Notes under the pieces: model-generated
What the model was told of the DNA's origin: nothing
The model's input: the letters and a program-made list of their open reading frames with translations, nothing else
Database searches by the model: none
NCBI GenBank assembly: GCA_002633005.1
Contig: NMRA01000050.1
Location: forward strand, 212,161 to 276,160
Length of the DNA: 64,000 nt
Direction: 5' to 3'
Origin: Phoronis australis
Taxonomy: Eukaryota; Animalia; Phoronida
Translations under genes and position numbers: made by a program
Shown: positions 11,002-22,899 of the stretch, piece after piece
How the letters are laid out: every line of letters begins with the position of its first letter
Numbering within the stretch: position 1 is the first letter of the stretch

Positions 11002-14000
11002 CATATGTCCATAGTGTGACTAGTCAGTATATTTTCAGGTGTCTCAACTTGTCAATCAAGCCAATGAAACCTTTCTACAGAATTTGTCCAAATACGCAGA
11101 AAACGACCAGGAATTTGAAGCAAAAGAGTAAGGGTATAACGAGACTGGTTCAAAAAGTTCGTGAAACTTTTGGAGGAATTTTTCGTTGTTTTCATGTTTG
11201 GTTTTGATTGCACCCATAGTAATAAATCCATCGGGGTGGTAATGTCTTCAATCAGGGTAGTGAACGGAAAAACGCAGAAACACAGCAAATCCATGCATGC
11301 CCTGATTGAGTCATCATCAAGTTCTGAACAATCACAATGTGCACGTATCAGTTATTGTCACACAACCACGACTACATAACGGCAGGGCGTTGGTGGTGGT
11401 CATATTCACAATTAGAATAGTAACTAAGAACAGTGATAAAACAGACCTGTTTGTTGAGTTTTTGTAAGATGCCTGGCACTAAAGACTTGTCCAAGCATTT
11501 GTGAAGATTTCCTGTTGCTGACTTAGCAGTCTATGCCGAGTATATCAATCTAGGCACACCAAGGGAACACGCTCTTCCCGTTTTTCCCTGCTTAAATGTA
11601 GGGCTTCCTTACTGTATCATACCTATCCTTTCAGATTGTTCTCTAACTTTACAATAGACGTAATTACGGCTACAACGTGTGGAATTCACGTGGACTCTCA
11701 GACCAATCCGGATGACCCAACTGTGCATCACTTCAAGAAAGCAATGGACTTCCGGGACCCCTTTCTTTTGCTTATATGTATGTGATTAATATGATTTACC
11801 CAATTATTTCAACATTTTCATTAGTCTTCCCTAGTTGAAGTTCTTTTGTGATTATAGTTATTATCAGGTATGACTGATGGAGATGGGGATGCCAAAACAA
11901 TGGACTCAAACATTTTTAAAATGGCTACTGGTGGCGCAAAGTACGTCGATTCCATCCGAAAATAAGAAGAAATCGTTGTCTCCTTTAAAGAAACCCATTT
12001 GCTATTTTCATTAAAATCCACCAACGAATGAACCTGATCGCCCCTAGATACAGGAAACGGTAATATGAACCCACCTAGGTATACGTGGAGGGAATAAAAA
12101 GGTTCTGTATAGTCCAAGATTGAAAATGCATAGTTATATCGTCAGTGTACCATTGACGTTCTACATATCCACGTAATATTTGTCAAGCTACCGAAATTTA
12201 TGAAATACTTTTCCCTTGTGTAATACTACACAGACATGATTCGACATGGGAAATCATCGGAGTCGACCAACGGTATTTACACTCGCTGCCTTCTGACAAA
12301 CCATTTGATCTACACCTTTTGAAAGGCACCAGGGCCTACTGTAACACCTGGCATGTAAAGCCGTGGCGTTGTATTCGGGTATGACAAATATTCCAGTAAT
12401 AGGCTACCCCCTTATATTTGGGACGTTCGATTTCTGGCGTGAATAATTAATATTTTGATTATAAAATTCGAATCACATGTTGCAATTTTTTATTTGTTTC
12501 TTTTGTCTGATTCAATTTATTCATGCAAGGGTTTTAAAACAACCAACAGCTCTTTAACTTTGGCTGTAATTAATATTTTGGCCATAGCTGTTTGGCAGAA
12601 AACACACGAAAAACCTTGGCTTTACATTCGAGGTTGTCTCATTTTACGTATTTCCCCCAAAATGCATCTTTCTTCCTCAAAAGCTCTAAGGTATTATAAT
12701 CAAGGTTTTATGGTAATTAAATCTTTGCATTGTCGTGGAAATTTCATTTTATTTACTTATTTTTAAGTAGTTTTAACTATATTAAAATATCCTCTCAATC
12801 AATTTAATCGAAACGTGTGATTTGAGCCTGGTATTGAAACCAAGTGTATCATCGGTGTATTCCAATTGTGTCTTGTCCTGCAGCACCCCTAGTAGCCAAT
12901 TTGTGCAACTGTGCCTTGTTTCTTTCATTGTTGAACTCACAGAGGACCTATCATGGTGCAACAGTGCTTTAATATATATGCAAGTACCCCATAAAATTTG
13001 TTCTGAATTCTCTGTTTCTTCCTTAGGAATACTTTGACAGAATTGTATTGAGTACAAAATTACAGTGAACCGTTTGTGATACAACAATCAGATGTCAGAA
13101 CAACGTATTTCTCGTGTTGCTTTTTGCAGTTATTTTCCGGAAACAAGCGCGTTGGATATTGGGATTGGCTGAATTGATAGGACGGACTACTTTTATTAGT
13201 TATGTGCCGTACATTGAACGTCTCGTCGATCAACTTATTCAGGAACGCAAAGAAAAACAAGGGAGTGAGGTACGAATCCGTTTTAATTTATTCTCAGAGA
13301 TCATGTTTGGAGATACAACTGGACATGTACAATGGAGTCCGATTACACCCTTGCCGAAGCGATGCAAAATAACCATTCAGAGTTGTGCAGAGTCAGCCAG
13401 CACTATCGTGATTAATTACTCGCGCCAGTTACTCAAGTTGATGACCATTACAAATTTTGAAAAGACGTTGATTCTTTATTATTATAGCCATCGCTTGTGT
13501 AGGTTTTTGCTAAATTGACACTAATGCCTTTGGTGAAACGTTATTGAAAAACAGTTTCATTAACATGCAGGCCTTCGTGGTCAATGCTAGGAACACACTT
13601 GCAATAACTTCTTACCTCTTTCTTCTGATTCAGGAATACAAAGATTTCTTGAAGTTATTGATAGATGCTAACAAGGAATTTGAAGAACAACAGAATACAA
13701 ATCCGGAAGGAGGAACAAGAATATCTGGTATGTATTGTTTTGTTCCCAGCCTAATTCGCACTTCGTGGGAGAAAGGCTTCATTACGAGAACAAAAGTTAC
13801 CGTTGCCTTAGGTACCCATAATGCTTGTTATTTCGTGAAGGAGCACAGAACAGTTATCACAGTGGTTTGCCTATCAGAAGAGACGTCAATGGATTCGTCA
13901 CTCTTTCTTTACTCTCTCAAAAACTGCAGGCAAAGAATGAAATCCTACAGATGAGCACAGAAACTCTATTCTGACCCTTTCACTCCTGCTGAAAACCAAG

Positions 14001-17000
14001 CTAGACTAAGGAAAATAGGGGCAAAAAAAATGCAAAATCGGCACTTTTCACCCCAAAACCACCGTGCCGATGCTCGACTAAAGCCAACATAACATTCCGA
14101 AAGAAAATTTCCTATCGTTTCCAAAAATGTGGTCCAAAAGTACTGTCAACCAACTAGTTTTTTTTTGCAAATCTGGCTTGTTTGAGGGCTACTAGAAATC
14201 GCGGCCAATTTCTCAGTCGCTACCCAGCAATGCTCAATTGCAACAGGGAGCCGCCATCTTGAAAAGGAGTGCAGCTACAGCCGAGCAATAGGTCTTTTTT
14301 CACTCTCAACATGCTCACAGTTACAAAAGAAAACACATTCACTTGGCCTACATGCAATTCCTAACAAAAAACTGCCCCCAAGATTTGGCCTACTCCTAAA
14401 TTTTAATATTTTGGGAGTGCAAATTGGCCGCGGCCACACGCTAAATGTTCAGTGCCAACGAATCATCTCGAGCCGATAGTGAAAAGATTGAAAGGCTTCT
14501 CTTAAAAAGATATCGTCGGTGGTTATCTTGCCTTGGGAAATCAAATTACGATATTCTGCTGTATTATATCGGATGTGAAGGTTACACTTATTGCTGTATT
14601 ACACATGACAACTTCCATATCCGGATGACTACCAACGGGGTCTGCTCCGGCCCGCAAAATACTACAGAAATCAGGATCTTGGAACGTATGCCGTTATTTA
14701 GCAAATACGTCAATAATTGTGTACGATAGAGAACAAACCAGAGGTACTCAAAATGTCCCGTGATTTCCCATCATGACAGCTGGGCGGAAGCCAAATTCAT
14801 CTTCAGAGTAGAGTTACCTCATGAATGAGAATGAAGAGGACTTTCAACAGGAAGTTTGTAAGACGATTAAGCTGTTATTTAATTAAACTTTTGTCACCCT
14901 AATGGTTTTTATTAGTTGTGTACTTCCTGGTAATAACCGAACTGGCCGGTAGGATGGGAAAAAGACTTTTGTCTTGTGACCATTGTTTCATTACTATCCA
15001 AGGAATGTCTAAAGACGAAATGACTGCCAACATCATGCTCTTCTTTTTGGCTGGTTTCGACACAACTTCTGAAGTTCTGCAGTTTATGTCCTATCTACTC
15101 GCTACCAACCCCGAGTGGCAAGATAAAGTGATCGAGGAACTCGACGAAAAGCTTCAAGGGGTAATGTAGAAGATTTTTCTACCTTACAAAATTTTAGCAT
15201 GAATGAAATTTCCATTTCCGAGAACTATTATGAAAAGCTGAACATCAAAAGCAGGCCAAATTTCTTTTCTATAGGAAATCTGTTATACACTTTATATGAT
15301 TATGCATTAGATATCCACGGATCGTTTTCCTTAAACCATTGCTTTCCAGTGCTAATAAGTCATGCATTAAATACACGGTATCTGTGTCCTTGGGTGTTTT
15401 TCATATGATCTACAATATTCATTCATCATGAGATTTCACTCTCTCAATAGAAGCGTCTTCCGAGATAAGTTGAAGCATCAGTATTGGATTAACTTTCGTA
15501 TTTTGTGGAGTTGAAGGTTAAGCATTACTACAAGTGCATTTGAAGAATTTGCTTTTTAAATAATCGTAACTCTGATTTCCCACTGACTCTTCTTGCCGAT
15601 ATTAAAAATAACATTATATTCACATTGCTAGTTTTGGAGCCTGCAAGTACCTACGTCTTCAAGAAGCATGCCTTCTTTTTGAAGCGCCACCTGTCAAGTT
15701 GTAGTTGAGATAGCAGCAAAGACGGCGTGGTCTTGAGTCTAAATCATGCGGGTTTATTCATTTCAGGAAAAACCCAATCACGACAATGTTCAAACGCTTA
15801 ACATTATGGAAATGTGCTATAGTGAAGCAATGAGAATGTACCCTCCGGGATGGGTGTAAGTTGATGTTGTGAATCTACACCTGGCTGAGTGTTCTTCATC
15901 ACAAAAACTGGAGAAAATGTGAGAGGCACGAAGACCCGTTTTGAACCGTACAACGTGACCAGTTCTATCCAATATGTCACGATTTATAATTTGAGGTCAC
16001 CTAGTGTTTTCAGAAAAAAGGAAATTTTTATGCATTTTATAAAGTCCCCTTCATACGTATTCATGGTCAGTGAAAACGACTTCAAAATGCAACTTCCATG
16101 AAAACACTCACCAAAGTGGAATTGATGTCCATAGACAAAATTGCGTTTTTTATAACATCTTTTCTTTACGTTTTCATAACAAATTTCGTCCACGCGTACA
16201 CTGTGTCGTAATGCGTATCGTTTCCCATCTACACGGAAACGTTCACTTTTAACCAAAAAGCGCAACCTGGTCTTTGCTTTTTTAAATGTGTGTCCGTCCA
16301 CACGAACACGCTGATACGACAGTGACGTTAACGTCTTAGAAATGTTGGATTCTGCTGATCTCACGAAAACGGCGAAGTCCATTATAGACAGCGTTTTTTC
16401 CAGTTGTCGTTTTCAGTTTCCACTGCACGTCCATTGACGGAAGCTTATCCGCGACGCAAAAAGTGCATTTTCAACTTAAATCGCCTGGATAGTACCTAAA
16501 ATGCATATTCACTGTACTGGACGTGTTGACTGAAAAAGCACAAACTTTTCGAAAACGTTAACGTCACGACCGTATTAGCGTTATAGCGTTGACGGGAAAC
16601 GTCTTGAAAACGCAATTAAAAACTTGGCGCGCTTTTGATCGTGCACTCGTATTGGTGAGAACGAAAGAACGATACAAAAACGAAAAGTGCTGATCAATGA
16701 ACTCTTTAGAAGCGCGGAGAAAAATGAAAACGCAAAATGTATGCGGTTCCTAAATTTACCTGCATCCTGTCCCATTAGGATAGTTCTAGATTTTGCGCAG
16801 TCTCACCATACATGTAACGAGATTGCGTATTTCACATTGCTGGCAAAAGCTTTACACGCATTTGGTGACTTCAGGTAAAACGCAGGTATGGCATATTGAG
16901 CCCTGTAACTAGCGAAGAAAAAATATGATCTCAAACAGCTACACACACCATTCTTTTTTCGATGTTTTCCATAACTTGTAATCAAAGCGGGACGAGATTG

Positions 17001-20000
17001 CAAAAGCGGATCACGGAAATGAGTTTTGTCGTTTGCGTTTTATTTTGCGTTCCAGTGTCGACAGAATAGCTACAGATGACGTCACTATTAATGGAACTTT
17101 CATCTCAAAGAATACGCGAGTTTTGATTCCATGCTGGCAGATCCACCACGATCCGGGGAACTACTCCAATCCAGATGAGTTCAAACCGGAAAGGTGAGCA
17201 ACAACACACACTATGGAGCCTAACACAGCCACTGCTTTTTTAAAGGTAGTCGAAAGGGTAGGATAAACCGTGGAACATCGCGAACATTTAAAAAGCTTCA
17301 TAATCTAATCAAAACCTGGAGTATGATTGCTTTTTCGCTCTGAGACTCGGGTGTGGTTTATTTATTCAATTGTTTTGATGCAAAAGTTGAACATGACTTA
17401 GGCCTGTACACGAAATCCCCATTTACTTGTGATTAGTGGTACGGAAGAACAATCACGCACCTGCAACTAAATAGACGAAATATCATTTTTCGAAAGAGAA
17501 GAGGATTTAATTAAGAATTACTGAGATATTTTGTTTCGTGTTATATTATCTGAGAATTATTGGGTGTAAGCAAATTAATAAAACGGTATCCACTTAATAA
17601 TTGTGAAAAAACAACCAATATATCGGCGTACACAGTTACTAACGTATAATGTGTCTCCTCTGTGTATCACGTATTTTATATTTCGCTGTAGCATTTTACA
17701 GCATACTCCTGACGAAGAGCACACCGTTAGAAATGTTCGAGTTTTCACATATCTACCGTCTACATGTCGTTTTAGTAGTTACCAGTTTGAGGTTAAGTAA
17801 GACCTTACAGAGGAACGTAAGTTCATGATCAGTTTCCAGAATTCTAGACCGTGTCAACCAGTTAAAGTATATATTTATAAAAAGAAGAAAAACTCGGGAT
17901 TATACAATTACACTTAATACTTACGTGTCATTGGTATTAAAATGAGGCCACCGTTTTTAAATCAAACTTTTAATTTTAATAAAGGTACGTTTACAGTGGC
18001 GGATTTAGATGGGCCAAAGGGGCCATTNAAAGGGGCCATTGCCCCCCCCCCCCTAAAATTCTCCCAGATTACATTTGGCAGTTCGGCGGTGCGAATGTCT
18101 GACTGGAAAATCCTGGCTAATACTCTGCCCTGGCGCCTAACTAAAAATCCTAGATCCGCCCCCGGTTTACTACACTAATACGCCTCAACCGGTTTTAATG
18201 AAGCTACCTTTTCATAAAAATACTGATATCTCTCCAAAACGATGTCACAAATTTTCGACCATTCATTGAGTTTGGTTTCTACGCCAAATTAACTCGTAAA
18301 ACGTAACAGTTGTATTGGTCTATGGTACAGTAAAATAGGACTTAGACAAATCTTAACAGTGTTTTTAAGATTGATAAGTAAATACTTAAAGTAGAAATCC
18401 ACCAATTATTTTTCGAGAGCTGGTGTTCCTAAGTTCAAATTAAGTCGATATGCGGAAGCCAAGAAAAAGTCAAAACACCGCGAGTCTTCAAGATCTCACG
18501 TTTTTTGTTTAATTTTTCGGTGAAAATTTGTTTTTGGTCAACGTTTCCTATAAATGCCTTAACCGTATCCGATATTTCAACTGCCATTCGCAATGCCAAT
18601 TGAATTTGTTGTGCTTAATTGAGTTGATGATCAGAAAAATGTGTTGATTTTGTAAGTCTAGTCACAGTGCATGGAGTTAAACTAGGTCAACGGCGAGGCC
18701 AACAGTAAATAGGTCCACAGTTCATTGTGATATATGCGCCGGTGAGGCTGATGTCAATAAACCAATGGACAAATAAAAATCGTTAAATGGTTAAACCGCG
18801 CCCTGGGATTGAGACTGAAACAGTGAAACGTCTAATTAATGATAAAATGAATTTGAGGATTTTTTCACAACCTGCTATGTTCGTAAACACGAACTGCCGG
18901 TCTTCCGCCGAGCAGCGACTCTGACTCGGTTCATTAGTTCTGAAGTGTCGTATGTACGCAAACGCATAATTTCTGCAGGATCAAAACTTGAAGTTCCGTC
19001 TTTATTTTCCACAGCATCTCCTTATGTTATGGCTATGAATGAAAGGACTGTGGTTACACACGGAAATGTTCTATGCCTGGGGAGTGACACCTCTTCGGAA
19101 CTTTGTACTTCGTGGACAAATTTCAACGCGGTTGAAGTAGGTCTTTGAAATCAAATAAACAGGCAAGATTTCGATTTTAAAGTTAAGTAGCAATGAAAAT
19201 AAAAGGTTCACCCGCACAGGTATTCAGCATTGCAAAATATAAACATTTAAAAGCAAGGTCCTGCTTATCTTTCACCAGGGCGGCGCAGCACTGAAAAAGT
19301 GGGGTCTATAGTCCCCCCCAGCCGCCCCTGCGTTGCACCGCCCATAGACAGTGGACGGAGCAGCACTGAAAAAAGTGAGGGCTATATCCCCCAGCCCCTT
19401 ATGAAGCGCTGCCCATGTTCATCAGCACAATATACCACTGATAAAGCCTCCGGTAACGCAAGACGTCGTAACCGAAGCTCACCAAAGCACAAGTCTCTCA
19501 TTTATGCACTGAATAATTCTCTAGATACATGTACACTGTACCGTCTTTAAAGGTTTACCCCAGAAGCGAAGCAAGCTCGTAATTCGTACACGTACTTGCC
19601 ATTTGGTATGGGACCACGGAGCTGTATTGGAATGAGACTGGCGCAGATGGAACTGAAGATGTTGTTTGCGTCTGTTCTTCAGAAATACAAGTTCATTCCG
19701 TGTGAGAGAACACAGGTAAAAGCGAATACAGTCGTTGGTTATATCTGTAGTTACACTAATTGATAGGTAACGCTTTCAGATTCGGGTCTTTTTCAGAGTA
19801 TAACTTCTTGAATTGAGTGGCAAGGGTTATATAATCAAATCATTACCAAGGAAGAACCTTGTCCACAAAACATCACGCCCATCGGGAGCTGTCATCTTGC
19901 ACATGTTTTGTGATGTAACATGGGCGGCGCGGCACTGAAAAAGTGGGGGCTACAGCCCCCCCCCCTTCCAGCCCACTATGGTGCTCCGCCCATGTCCTCG

Positions 20001-20418
20001 TGTATGATTTTACATATAGTTCAACTCCTACGTACTGGTGAGGGTTCTTTGTGTGTTTGTGTGTTTGACATGCGCCCTAGCGGTTTGTAGCGAGCGTTCT
20101 ACAGGTCGTGGTATATGTGCAACTACCAACTGGCTCACACGAATGGAAAAAATTAAATTCCAAATATTAAGCTTCATTGAGTGCTGTTCATCTTTCGCAT
20201 GCGTATGATATTAGCAATTTCATCATCGGCTTTAACAATGTTTCGAGTAGATATGAGCTGAAATTTCTGAGTAGGAGTCAAAACAAAGATTGTCACTGCT
20301 TCCCTAGTAAAGTAAATTTCGTGTACTCTCTTGATTTTAGGTGCCTCTCGTTATTGACAAAGGCTCACCCTTACGGTCAACTAAGGGAGTCTGGTTGAAG
20401 GTGATAGCCAGAGAATGA
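6437..20418 (+). CDS. Cytochrome P450 clan 3 (CYP3A-like), paralog 1, 14 exons, 514 aa
   Basis: Exons: 6437-6522, 7221-7323, 7871-7923, 8870-8966, 9307-9420, 11039-11127, 11635-11777, 13130-13269, 13634-13727, 15003-15160, 15767-15855, 17056-17193, 19553-19715, 20341-20418 (1545 nt, frame open). Motifs: N-terminal membrane anchor, [25 protein letters not shown]-helix AGFDTTS, EAMR (ExxR), PER-F, heme PFGMGPRSCIG. All introns GT-AG except intron 2 (GC donor). Confidence 0.93.
10010..10200 (+). repeat. Unclassified interspersed repeat (copy 1; copy 2 at 37778-37940)
   Basis: Shared taaactattttgggaaagtttgaa...ccggctagcg.cgt.gagt.gacatt...gtattgcac in two non-orthologous introns. Confidence 0.7.
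10469..10700 (+). mobile_element. tRNA-derived SINE, ~230 bp
   Basis: A box TGGCCTGGTTG, B box GGTTCAAGTCC, AT-rich tail; homologous copies on the minus strand at 36313-36404 and 55706-55939. Confidence 0.85.
10935..10998. repeat. (GT)32 microsatellite
   Basis: Pure GT run ending 40 nt upstream of exon 6 of paralog 1. Confidence 0.97.
16040..16500. mobile_element. Possible Harbinger-type MITE remnant
   Basis: Repeated (g)tc(c/t)acacg / gaaaacg sub-motifs; termini not resolved. Confidence 0.3.
17705..17742 (+). ncRNA. Decayed minimal type I hammerhead ribozyme motif
   Basis: ACTC-CTGACGA-agagcacaccgtta-GAAA-tg-TTC-GAGT. Both core boxes are present and stem I ACTC/GAGT pairs. Stem III looks like a CpG-decayed AACGTT palindrome. 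Stem II 3' arm is missing. Confidence 0.45.
17994..18164. mobile_element. hAT-type MITE with 5-bp TSD
   Basis: GTTTA|CAGTGGCGGATTTAG...CTAGATCCGCCCCCG|GTTTA. Confidence 0.8.
19276..19417. mobile_element. Dimeric mini-MITE (CATGGGCGGCGCAGCACTGAAAAAGTGGG family)
   Basis: Two tandem ~70-bp units with outer TIRs cagggcggcgc/gcgctgcccatg and flanks TTCAC/TTCAT. Relatives at 19919-19994, 34396-34448 and 43324-43482. Confidence 0.75.
19919..19994. mobile_element. Monomeric mini-MITE, same family
   Basis: catgggcggcgc...gctccgcccatg TIRs; no TSD retained. Confidence 0.7.
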
Positions 20419-21115
20419 ATAGAAACAAGTTATATACTGGTCGTGCTGATGATGATTTTTAGTGAAACGCCGAGACCGATATATAAGTAAGCAGTTGAAG
20501 TAAAACTGCAATGCACTAATGAATAGTTGTGGAGTTTTGTTATAAACTTATGTTTTGTTCTTGAATTTTATTTCGTTCAGATGAAGCGCACATGATATTC
20601 AGTCCATAAATATTTGCCACCATGCTGCAATATTCTTTATGCTTACTTCGAAGATCGAAATGTTTTGGACGTTTGATGCAACACCAAGGCTAATGGACGA
20701 TCCATGTTGGTGTCGCATTGTCTACGTAGTATCTCATAGTAGAATTTTGGTGGTGTCATAAAGAACACAGCATGATCGCTGGCCAATTTGTATTTAATTA
20801 GGACACACTCGAATTAAAAGTGCCCTGGAATTTACTGAATGCATATGCGGTCGACTAGAAAAGATAGATTTTTGCAATTTTAATGTTGTTTTGAAACGGA
20901 TCATTTTAGGAAATCTGTTGAGCCAAATATATTTTGACAAATGTGTACATCCTAGAAAGTTGGTTTTTAGTTTGATAGGTTTTTGGAATTGCAATTATTT
21001 GCTGCATATTGTTTTTAGTTCGGACGGACCATACTGTACTCTTCAATTTGAGTACATTTTTCTGTCATTTTAAATTTCTCCAGAAAATACAAACCAAGAA
21101 ATCAACATATATTCT

Positions 21116-21508
21116 ATGTATACCACTGTACCTGTGTTTAGCCCATCTTGTCTGGAGATCATGCACTCGAAAGTATAAACGTATATTCCTAAATTTGAAT
21201 TGCAATTTAGGAAGTATCNCAAAAGAAGGAAACACCCTTCTCCTAAGCCTGTCGCTAGCGAAGTCCCCGACACATACAGTCGCGCCCACATGCCCACGTA
21301 ACAAAGGCGCACTGAGACGCAACAAAGACATTAGCATAAGAATTACTGAACATTTGCAACTAAATAAGAATAACAATAAGCGTAAAGTTACGAACGTCCC
21401 GTCACATGTATACCACTGTACCTGTGTTTAGCCCATCTTGTCTGGAGATCATGCACTCGAAAGTATAAACGTATATTCCTAAATTTGAATTGCAATTTAG
21501 GAAGTATC
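21116..21508. repeat. Exact 103-bp direct duplication around an assembly N, enclosing an LTR-like end
   Basis: 21116-21218 is identical to 21406-21508; N at 21219; the intervening sequence ends ...gtcccgtcACA. Confidence 0.85.
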
Positions 21509-22899
21509 TTGCTTCATGGTAATGAGGACTGCTACTGCCCTCTTGCCAACAAAGACGGGATTTCACTAAATCTGTAAACATTCCACACCGAACAATATCG
21601 TAATTTTACGCATGTGTTTTCGCTCGAAATTTTGAGTTTGTAATTATACGCTCGTCTTTTTGCGCTTGCTATGAAGTGTTCACAAGGTAAAATCTCAGGC
21701 GTCAAGTATAAATGTGGAAAAGATTGAAAGATATCGAAGACTGGCTAATATATAGCATTTGAAAATGGTCTGTTTTACTACATATTGACGTTGTAAAATA
21801 TATATCTAGCAGATTGTCTGACAATGTTTTATTTTATTTGTTGGAATTGCCATGTTATTTCAATATTTATGTAATGTTTCATTCTTTTTCTGTTAGTAGT
21901 GTGTGCAGATAATATATGTCATGGCAAAAATCATAGGTTCAAAACAGTTTCCGGAAAGTTATGTAGTAGAATTTTTAAATATTGGTGGTAAATCAATTAT
22001 TCTTTGTGCAATACATTTGAATTACAAACCATTTGCAAAACGATACAATATCAACTGAGTATTAATTGAATGGATGGTGACAACGTCGTGCTAAAATTAC
22101 GACCGTATAATCACACACGTAAGATTACGAGCGTGGGAAAATACGAGAGCAAAATTGTCGTCGTACAATTTTAGATGTCACGCCAATTTCTCATTGGATA
22201 TAACGGTCACGGTCGTAAAACATGACCTAAGTCTCTTGTAGTAATTACGTACGAGAGTAGTTACGGGCGAACGATTACGGTCATAAAACGCGAGCGAAGT
22301 GTCAGTCATAAGCATGAGTGTAATTACAGGCGACTCTTTTCCCCGAACGGCCGACGTTATAACACCCGATACCAAACAAACAAAAAAGCGCTTTTCATCG
22401 GAGGTTCGGCATAGGCCTGCATTCTTTGCCACGCAATTCGAAACTGAATTGCTTATCTCTGACGCCAAGGAAGCCATCTGTTGCGTGAAAAAAACACTTC
22501 TATTCCATCTCTGACGTCTGAATTTTTTTAAGAATCTTAACTGGCAATTTACCAAACTGTATTTACTATCATTGATAAACAAGTACAAAAACAAACGAGT
22601 ACATCCATTCAGACACGCATGCGCACCTCAGGAAAGACTATCGCCGTTTATCGTATAAAGTAAACAACTGCTACTTAGAGTTAACGTGAACAATAAAATT
22701 TCCCATTTCCCAGGGAAGCTGTCATACACAAAATTTTTATACGCAATTATTTTTTCCGCATTATAGTACTCAAGAATATATGCAACAAACTTGTGCTTAT
22801 TAGGAATATTTTTGTGCCATCTTTCCTTGTAAGTGTACTGTTTGTATAATAAAACCAAAATTTTATAGAAAATCATGTGTCTGGTAAAGTCCAAGATTA

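Noticed and set aside
10935-11207. ORF beginning MCVCVCV as a protein
   Set aside because: Microsatellite translation overlapping the true exon 6 in a different frame
13970-14840. piggyBac-like MITE (ccctttcactc...gagaatgaagagg)
   Set aside because: Termini too degenerate and no TTAA TSD on either side
20438-20480. CTGATGA...GAAA pair in the 3' UTR of paralog 1 as a hammerhead
   Set aside because: No stem II pairing and the cleavage triplet is GCC rather than NUH; likely chance
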